From: the human T2T-CHM13v2.0 reference genome, Homo sapiens
Reading direction: 5' to 3' (one strand)
NCBI RefSeq assembly: GCF_009914755.1
Contig: NC_060933.1
Length of the DNA stretch: 64,000 bases
The notes under the pieces: generated by a model
Told to the model about the DNA's origin: nothing
Databases searched by the model: none
Seen by the model: the letters and a program-made list of their open reading frames with translations, nothing else
In this document: piece after piece, positions 54,201 to 64,000 of the stretch
Layout of the letters: the number at the start of each line of letters is the position of its first letter
How positions within the stretch are numbered: the stretch's first letter is position 1
Translations under genes and position numbers: made by a program

Positions 54201-57200
54201 TGGAACGGAAAGGAATGGAATGGAATGGAATGGAATGGAATGGAATCAACGCGAGTGCAGGGGAATGGAATGGAATGGAATGGAATGGAATGGAATGGAA
54301 TTAACCCGAATACAATGGAATGGAATGGAATGGAACGGAATGGAGTGGATTGGAATGGAATCAACCCGAGTGCAGGGGAATGGAATGGAATGGAATGCAG
54401 TGGAATGGAATCATCCGGAATGGAATGGAATGGAATGCAAAGCAATGGAAGCAACTCGATTGCAATGGAATGGAATGGAATAGAAAGGAATAGAATGGAA
54501 TCAACCCGAGTGGAATGGAATGGAAAGGACTGGAATGGAGTGGAATGGAATGGAATGGAATGGAATGGAATCAACTCGATTGGAATGGAATGGAATGGAA
54601 TCGAATGGAATGGAATGGAATTAACCCGAATAGAATGGAATGGAATGGAATGGAACGGAATGGAATGGAATGGAATGGAATGGAATGGAAGCAACCCGAC
54701 TGCAGGGGAATGGAATGGAATGGAATGCAATGGAATGGAATCATCCGGAACGGAATGGAATGGAATGGAATGGAATCAACTCGATTGCAATGGAATGGAA
54801 TGGAATGGAATGGAATCAAATGGAATGGAATGGAATTAACCCGAATAGAATGGAATGGATTGGAATGGAATGGATTGGAACGGAAAGGAACGGAATGGAA
54901 TGGAATGGAATGGAATGGAATGGAATGGAATCAACCCGAATGCAGGGGAATGGAATGGAATGGAATGCAATGGAATGGAATCATCCGGAATGGAATGGAA
55001 TGGAATGGAATGGAATGCAATCAACCTGATGCAATGGAATGGAGTGGAATGGAATGGAAAGGAATGGAAACATCCCGAATGGAATGGAATGTAACGGAGT
55101 GTAAGGGAATTGAATAGAATCAATCCGAATGGAATGGAATGGAATGGAATGAAATGAAATGGAATGGAATGGAATGGAATCAACCCGAGTGCAATGGAAT
55201 GGATTCGAATGGAATGGAATGGAATGGAATGGATTCAACAACAATGGAATGGAAAGGAATGGAATCAACCCGAGTGTAATGGCTTGGAATGGAACGGAAT
55301 GGAATGGGATGGAATGGAATGGTATGGAATAGAATGGAATGGAATGAAATGGAATGGAATGGAATGGAATGGAATGGAATGGAACGGAATGAACCCGTGT
55401 GCAATGGAATGGAATGGAATGGAATGGAATGGAATGGAATGGAATGGAATGGATTCAACTCGAATGGAATCAACTCGATTGCAATGGAATGGAACGGAAT
55501 GGAAAGGAATAGAATGGAATCAACCCGAGTAGAATGGAATGGAAAGGACTGGAATGGAATGGAATGGAATGGAATGGAATGGAATTAACCCGAATAGAAT
55601 GGAATGGAACAGAATGGAACGGAATGGAATGGAATGGAATGGAATGGAATCAACACGAGTGAAGGGGAATGGAATGGAATGGAATGCAATGGAATGGAAT
55701 CATCCGGAATGGAATGGAATGGAATGGAATGGAATGGAATCAACTCGATTTCAATGGAATGGAATGGAATAGAATGGAATGGAATTAACAAGAATAGAAT
55801 GGAGTGGAATGGAATGGAATGGAACAGAAAGGAATGGAATGGAATGGAATCAACCCAAGTGCAGGGGAATGGAATGGAATGGAATTCAATGGAATGGAAT
55901 CATCCGGAATGGAATGGAATGGAATGGAATTGAATGGAATGGAATGGAGTGGAATGGAATGGAATCAACCCGTGTGCAATGGAATGGAGAGGAATGGAAT
56001 GGAATGGAATGGAAACTACCCGAATGGAAAGGAATGTAATGGAGTGTAAGGGAATTGATTACAATGAATCCGAATGGAATGGAATGGAATGGAAAGGAAT
56101 GGAATGGAATGGAATGGAATGGAATGGAATGCAATGGAATGGAATCAACCCGAGTGCTATCGAATGGAATGGAATGGAATGGAATGCAATGGAATGGATT
56201 CAACTTGAATGGAATGGAAAGAATGGAATCAACACGAGTGGAATGGCATGGATTGGAATGGAATGGAATGGAATCAACCCGAGTACAGGGGAATGGAATG
56301 GAATGGAATGCAATGGAATGGAATCATCCGTAACGGAATGGAAAGGAATGGAATGGAATGGAATGGAATGCAATGGAAGGGAATGGAATCAACTCGATTG
56401 CAATCGAATGGAATGGAATGGAATTAACCCGAATAGAATGGAATGGAATGGAATGCAACGGAAAGGAACGGAATGGAATGGAATGGAATGCAATGGAAGG
56501 GAAAGGAATGGAATGGAATGGAATGGAATGGAATGGAATGGAATGGAATCAACGCGAGTGCAGGGGAATGGAAAGGAATGGAATGCAATGGAATGGAATC
56601 TTCCGGAGTGGAATGGAATGGAATGGAATCAACCCGAGTGCAATGGAATGGAGTGGAATGAAATGGAATGGAATGGAACAACCCGAATAAAATGGAATGT
56701 AATGGAGAGTAAGGGAGTTGAATAGAATCAATCCGAATGTAATGGAATGGAATGGAACGGAATGGAATTGAATGGAATGGAATGGAATGGAATGGAATGG
56801 AATCAACTCGATTGCAATCGAATGGAATGGAATAGAATTAACCCAAATAGAATGGAATGTAATGGAATGGAACGGAACGGAATGGAATGGAATGGAATGG
56901 AATGGTATGGAACGGAACGGAACGGAATGGAATGGAATGGAATGGAATGGAATGGAATCAATGCGAGTGCAGGGGAATGGAATGGAATGGAATGCAATGG
57001 AATGGAATCTTCCTGAATGGAATGGATTGGAATGGAATGGAATGAAATGCAATGGATTCAACTCGATTGCAATGGAATGGAATAGAATGGAATGGAATGG
57101 AATGGAATGGAATTAACCCGAATAGAATGGAATGGAATGGAATGGAACGGAATGGAACGGAATGGAATGGAATGGAATGGAATGGAATGGAATGGAATTG

Positions 57201-60200
57201 TATGGAATGGAATGGAATGGTACGGAATAGAATGGAATGGAACGAATTGTAATGGAATGGAATTGAATGGAATGGAATGGAATGGAATGGAATCACCGCG
57301 AGTGCAGGGGAATGTAATGGAACGGAATGCAATGGAATGGAATCATCCGGAATGGAATGGAATGGAATGGAATGGAATGGAATCAACCCGAGTGCAATGG
57401 AATGGAATGGAATGGAATGGAATGGAATGGAATGGAATGGAACAACCCGAATGGAATGGAATGTAATGGAGAGTAAGGGAGTTGAATAGAATCAATCCGA
57501 ATGTAATGGAATGGAATGCAACGGAATGGAATGGAATGGAATGGAATGGAATGGAAGGGAATGCAATGGAATGGAATCAACCCGAGTACAATGGAATGGA
57601 ATGGAATGGAATGGAATGGAATGGAATGGAATTGAATGGAATGGAATGCCTTCATACCGAATGGAATGGAAAGGAATGGAATCAACACGAGTGGAATGGA
57701 ATGGAAAGGAAAGTAATGGAATGGAATGGAATGGTACGGAATAGAATGGAATGGAACGAAATGGAATGGAATGGAATGAAATGGAATGGAATGGAATGGA
57801 ATGGAATCGTTCCGAGTGGAATAGGAGGGAATGTATTCGAGTGGAATGGAAAGGAATGGAATCAACCAGAGTGGAATGGAAGGGAATGGAATGGAATGGA
57901 AACTAATAGAATGGAATCAACCCGAGTGGAATAGAATGGAAAGGACTGGAATGGAATGGAATGGAATGGAATGGAATGGAATCAACTCGATTGTAATGGA
58001 ATGGAATGGAATGGAATGGAATGGAATGGAATGGAATGGAATGGAATTAACCCGAATACAATGGAATGGAATGGAATGGAATGGAACGGAACGGAGTGGA
58101 ATGGAATGGAATCAACCCGAGTGCAGGGGAATGGAATGGAATGGAATGCAATGGAATGGAATCATCCAGAATGGAATGGAATGGAATGGAATGCAAAGCA
58201 ATGGAATCAACTCGATTGCAATGGAATGGAATGGAATGGAAAGGAATAGAATGGAATCAACCCGAGTGGAATGGAATGGAAACGACTGGAATGGAGTGGA
58301 ATGGAATGGAATGGAATGGAATGGAATCAACTCGATTGGAATGCAATGGAATGGAAAGGAATGGAATGGAATGGAATGGAATTAACCGAATAGAATGGAA
58401 TGGAATGGAACGGAATGGAATGGAAAGGAATGGAATCAACCCGACTGCAGGGGAATGGAATGGAATGGAATGGAATGGAATGGAATCATCCGGAACGGAA
58501 TGGAATGGAATGGAATGGAATCAACTCGATTGCAATGGAATGGAATGGAATGGAATGGAATCGAATGGAATGGAATGGAATTAACCGGAATAGAATGCAA
58601 TGGAATGGAATGGAACGGAACGGAATGGAATGGAATGGAATGGAATGGAATGGAATCAACCCGAGTGCAGGGGAATGGAATGGAATAGAATGCAATGTAA
58701 TGGAATCATCCGGAATGGAATGGAATGGAATGGAATGCAATCAACCTGATGCAATGGAATGGAGTGGAATGGAATGGAATGGAACGGAAACATCCCGAAT
58801 GGAATGGAATGGAATGGAGTGTAAGGGAATTGAATAGAATCAATCCGAATGTAATGGAATGGAATGGAATGAAATGGAATGGAATGGAATGGAATGGAAT
58901 CAACCCGAGTGCAATGGAATGGATTCGAATGGAATGGAATGCAATGGAATGGATTCAACAAGAATGGAATGGAAAGGAATGGAATCAACCCGAGTGTAAT
59001 GGAATGGAATGGAACGGAATGGAATGGGATGGAATGGAATGGTACGGAATAGAATGGAATGGAATGAAATGGAATGGAATGGAATGGAATGGAATGGAAT
59101 GAACCCGTGTGCAATGGAATGGAATGGAATGGAATGGAATGGAATGGATTCAACTCGAATGGAATCAACTCGATTGCAATGGAATGGAATGGAATGGAAA
59201 GGAATAGAATGGAATCAACCCGAGTGAAATGGAATGGAAAGGACTGGAATGGAGTGGAATCGAATGGAATGGAATTAACCCGAATAGAATGGAATGGAAC
59301 GGAATGGAACGGAATGTAATGGAATGGAATGGAATGGAATCAACCCGAGTGCAGGGGAATGGAATGGAATGGAATGCAATGGAATGGAATCATCCAGAAT
59401 GGAATGTAATGGAATGGAATGGAATGGAATGGAATGGAATCAACTCGATTTCAATGGAATGGAATGGAATAGAATGGAATGGAATTAACAAGAATAGAAT
59501 GGAATGGAATGGAATAGAATGGAACAGAAAGGAATGGAATGGAATGGAATGGAATCAACCCAAGTGCAGGGGAATGGAATGGAATGGAATTCCATGGAAT
59601 GGAATCATCCGGAATGGAATGGAATGAAATGGAATCAACCCGAGTGCAATGGAATGGAGAGGAATGGAATGGAATGGAATCGAAACTACCTGAATGGAAT
59701 GGAATGTAATGGAGTGTAAGGGAATTGAATAGAATGAATCCGAATGGAATGGAATGGAATGGAATGGAATGGAATCAACTCGATTGCAATGGAATGGAAT
59801 GGAATGGAATGGAATCGAATGGAATGGAATGGAATTAACCCGAATAGAATGGAATGGAATGGAATGGAAAGAATGGAAGGGAATGGAATGGAATGTAATC
59901 AACACGAGTGCAGGTGAATGAAATAGAATGGAATGCAATGGAATGGAATCATCCGGAATGGAATGGAATGGAATGGAATGCAATCAACCTGACGCAATGG
60001 AATGCAGTGGAATGGAATGGAATGGAATGGAAACATCCCGAATGGAATGGAATGTAATGGAGTGTAAGGGAATTGAATAGAATCATACCGAATATAATGG
60101 AATGGAATGGAATGAAATGGAATGGAATGGAATGGAATGGAATCAACCCGAGTGCAATGGAATGGATTCGAATGGAATGGAATGGAATGGAATGGATTCA

Positions 60201-63200
60201 ACAACAATGGAATGGAAAGGAATGGAATCAACCAGAGCGTAATGGCATGGAATGGAACGGAATGGAATGGGATGGAATGGAATGGTACGGATTAGAATGG
60301 AATGGTATGAAATGGAATGGAATGGAATGGAATGGAATGGAATGGAATGAACCCGTGTGCAATGGAATGGAATGGAATGGAATGGAATCGATTCAACTCG
60401 AATGGAATCAACTCTATTGCAATGGAATGGAATGGAATGGAAAGGAATAGAATGGAATCAACCCGAGTGGAATGGAATGGAAAGGACTGGAATGGAGTGG
60501 AATGGAATGGAATGGAATTAACCCGAATAGAACGGAATGGAACGGAATGGAACGGAATGTAATGGAATGGAACGGTATGGAATCAATCCGAGTGCAGGGG
60601 AATGGAATGCAATGGAATGTAATGGAATGGAATCATCCGGAATGGAATGGAATGGAATGGAAGGGAATCAACTCGATTTCAATGGAATGGAATGGAATAG
60701 AATGGAATGGAATTAACACGAATAGAATGGAATGGAATGGAATGGAATGGAATGGAATGGAACAGAAAGGAATGGAATTGAATGGAATGGAATCAACCCA
60801 AGTGCAGGGGAATGGAATGGAATGGAATTCTATGGAATGGAATCATCAGAATGGAATGGAATGGAATGGAATGGAATGGAATGGAATGGAATCAACCCGA
60901 GTGCAATGGAATGGAGAGGAATGGAATGGTATGGAAAGGAAAATACCCGATTGGAATGTATTGTAATGGAGTGTAAGGGAATTGAATAGAATGAATCCGA
61001 ATGGAATGGAATGGAATTTAAAGGAATGGAATGGAATGGAATGCAATGCCATGAAATCAACACGAGTGCAATCGAATGGAATCGAATGGAATGGAATGCA
61101 ATGGAATGCATTCATCTTCAATGGAATGGAAAGAATGGAATCAACACGAGTGGAATGGCATGGATTGGAATGGAATGGAATGGAATCAACCCGAGTACAG
61201 GGGAATGGAATGGAATGGAATGAAATGGAATGGAATCATCCGAAATGTAATGGAAAGGAATGGAATGGAATGGAATGGAATGGAATGGAATGGAATCAAC
61301 TCGATTGCAATCGAATGGAATGGAATGGAATTAACCCGAATAGAATGGAATGGAATGGAATGGAATGGAATGGAACGGAACGGAATGGAAAGGAATAGAA
61401 TGGAGTGGAACGGAACGGAACGGAACGGAATGGAATGGAATGGAATGGAATGGAATCAACGCGAGTGCAGGGGAATGGAATGGAATGGAATACAATGGAA
61501 TGGAATCTTCCGGAATGGAATGGAATGGAATGGAATGGAATGGAATCAACCCGAGTGCAATGGAGTGGAGTGGAATGGAATGGAATGGAATGGAACAACC
61601 CGAATGGAATGGAATGTAATGGAGAGTAAGGGAGTTGAATAGAATCAATCAGAATGTAATGGAATTGAATGGAACAGAATGGAATGGAATGGAATGGAAT
61701 GGAATGCAATGGAATGGAATCATCCGGAATGGAATGGAATGGAATGGAATGCAAAGCAATGGAATCAACTCGATTGCAATGCAATGGAATGGAATGGAAA
61801 GGAATAGAATGGAATCAACCCGAGTGGAATGGAATGGAAAGGACTGGAATGGAACGGAATGGAATGGAATCAAGTCGATTGGAATGGAGTGGAATGGAAT
61901 TTGAATGGAATGGAATGGAATGGAATGGAATTAACCCGAATAGAATGGAATGGAATGGAATGGAACGGAATGGAAGGGAATGGAATGGAATGGAATCAAC
62001 CCGACTGCACGGGAATGGAATGTAATGGAACGCAATGGAATGGAATCATCCGGAACGGAACGGAATGGAATGGAATGGAATCAACCCGATTGCAATGGAA
62101 TGGAATGGAATGGAATGGAATGGAATGGAATGGAGTGGATTCAACCCGAGTGCAGGGGAATGGAATGGAATTGAATGCAATGGAATGGAATCATCCGGAA
62201 TGGAATGGAATGGAATGGAATGGAATGGAATGAACCCGATGCAATGGAGTGGAATGGAATGGAATGGAATGGAATGGAATGGAATGGAATGGAATGGAAA
62301 AATCCCGAATGGAATGGAATGTAATGGAGTGTAAGGGAATTGATTAGAATCAGTCCGAATGTAATGGAATAGAATGGAATGAAATGGAATGCAATGGAAT
62401 GGAATGGAATCAAACGGAGTGCAATGGAATGGATTCGAATGGAATGGAATGGAATGCAAAGTAATAGAATGGAATCAACCCGAGTGGAATGGAATGGAAA
62501 GGACTGGAATGGACTGGAATGGAATAGAATGGAATGGAATCAAATCGATTGCAATGGAATGGAATGGAATGGAATCAACTCGATTGCAATGGAATGGAAT
62601 GGAATGGAATGGAATTAACCCGAATAGAATGTAATGGAATGGAATGGAACAGAATGTAATGGAATGAAATGGAATGGAATCAACCCGAGTGCAGGGGAAT
62701 GGAATGGAATGGAATGCAATGGAATGGAATCATCCGGAATGGAATGGAATGGAATGGAATGGAATGGAATGGAATGGAATGGAATGGAATCAACTCGATT
62801 GCAATGGAATGGAAAGGAATGGAAAGGAATGGAAGGGAATGGAGTGGAATGTAATCAACCCGAGTGCAGGAGAATGGAATGGAATGGAATGCAATGGCAT
62901 GGAATCATCCGGAATGGAATGGAATGGAATGGAATGCAATCAACCCAATGCAATGGAATGGAGTGGAATGGAATGGAATGGAATGGAAACATCCCGAATG
63001 GAATGGAATGTAATGGAGTGTAAGGGAATTGAATAGAATCAATCCGAATTTAATGGAATGGAATGGAATGAAATGGAATTTAATGGAATGGAATGGAATC
63101 AACCCGAGTGCAATGGAATGGATACGAATGGAATGGAATGGAATGGAATGGATTCAACAAGAATGGAATGGAAAGGAATGGAATCAACCCGAGTGTAATG

Positions 63201-64000
63201 GCATGGAATGCAATGGAATGGAATGGAATGGGATGGAATGGAATGGTACGGAATAGAATGGAATGGAATGAAATGGAATGGAATGGAATGGAATGGAATG
63301 GAATGGAATGGAATGAACCCGTGTGCAATGTAATGTAATGGAATGGAATGGAATGGATTCAACTCGAATGGAATCAACTCGATTGCAATGGAATGGAATG
63401 GAATGGAAAGGAATAGAATGGAATCAACCCGAGTGGAATGGAATGGAAAGGACTGGAATGGAGTGGAATGGAATGGAATGGAATTAACACGAATAGAATG
63501 GAATGGAATGGAATGGAACGGAATGGAATGGAATGGAATGGAATGGAATGGAATGGAATGGAATGGAATGGAATGCAATGGAATGGAATCAACCCGACTG
63601 CAGGGGAATGGAATGGAATGGAATGCAATGGAATGGAATCATCCGGAACGGAATGGAATGGAATGGAATGGAATCAACTCGATTGCAATGGAATGGAATG
63701 GAATGGAATGGAATCGAATGGAATGGAATGGAATTAACCCGAATAGACTGGAATGGAATGGAATGGAAAGGAATGGAAGGGAATGGAATGGAATGTAATC
63801 AACCCGAGTGCAGGGGAATGGAATAGAATGGAATGCAATGGAATGGAATCATCCGGAATGGAATGGAATGGAATGGAATGCAATCAACCTGATGCAATGG
63901 AATGGAGTGGAATGGAATGGAATGGAAACATCCCGAATGGAATGGAAGGTAATGGAGAGTAAGGGAATTGAATAGAATCAATCCGAATGTAATGGAATGG

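Larger units (their letters stand above)
1..64000 (+). repeat. Human Satellite 3 (HSat3/Sat III)-type (GGAAT)n pericentromeric satellite array, G/A-rich strand on +
   Basis: GGAAT pentamers from the first to the last base, interspersed with CAACCCGAGT-type decamers, which is the classical definition of satellite III as opposed to the more diverged HSat2. No CATTC-oriented tract or non-satellite sequence seen. Confidence 0.98.

Noticed and set aside
36-63981. Hundreds of ORFs (poly-MEWNG on +, poly-FHSIP on -), up to 544 aa
   Set aside because: GGAAT and its complement have no stop codon in any frame, and ATG recurs every 5 bp. The ORFs overlap in all frames with the same peptide and show no domain or gene structure.
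1-64000. CRISPR-like repeat/spacer appearance of decamer words separated by variable tracts
   Set aside because: The intervening tracts are the same GGAAT repeat rather than unique spacers; there is no leader, no cas gene and no constant 23-50 bp direct repeat.
1-64000. Telomeric repeat, HSat2, DYZ1 or alpha satellite
   Set aside because: No TTAGGG arrays and no 171 bp monomer or CENP-B box. The pentamer is too pure and CAACCCGAGT-rich for HSat2. No regular ~3.5 kb period as expected for Y-chromosome DYZ1.
1-64000. Transposon insertion or strand inversion
   Set aside because: No poly-A tail, target-site duplication, Alu/L1 sequence or CATTC-oriented tract was seen anywhere.

Overview
The whole 64 kb window is one uninterrupted, single-orientation block of (GGAAT)n/(CATTC)n pericentromeric satellite. 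It is Human Satellite 3 (HSat3/Sat III) or its great-ape equivalent, with the purine-rich strand on +. The pentamer backbone is punctuated every few tens of bp by a small vocabulary of 10-mers (CAACCCGAGT, CAACTCGATT, TAACCCGAAT, CAACGCGAGT, CAACACGAGT, CATCCGGAAT, CTTCCGGAAT, CAATCCGAAT). A recurring ~150 bp module matches, from memory, the chr9q12 Sat III clone pHuR98, which suggests the HSat3B5/9q12 array (not verified). I find no credible gene, RNA gene, transposon, CRISPR array or inversion. All ORFs are poly-MEWNG/FHSIP artefacts of a stop-free pentamer, and I see no evidence for a new coding system. The real structure is evolutionary and regulatory: nested higher-order units (7.56, 4.79 and 4.28 kb), a recent ~12.1-12.9 kb tandem duplication with reciprocal deletions, a recent 2.8 kb tandem duplication with a dispersed older paralogue, two more diverged zones (~38.3-39.9 kb and ~59.8-62.6 kb), and about 35 perfect three-unit heat-shock elements (GGAATCTTCCGGAAT) in a fixed 50 bp phrase. 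All coordinates and counts were read by eye and should be confirmed by self-alignment.
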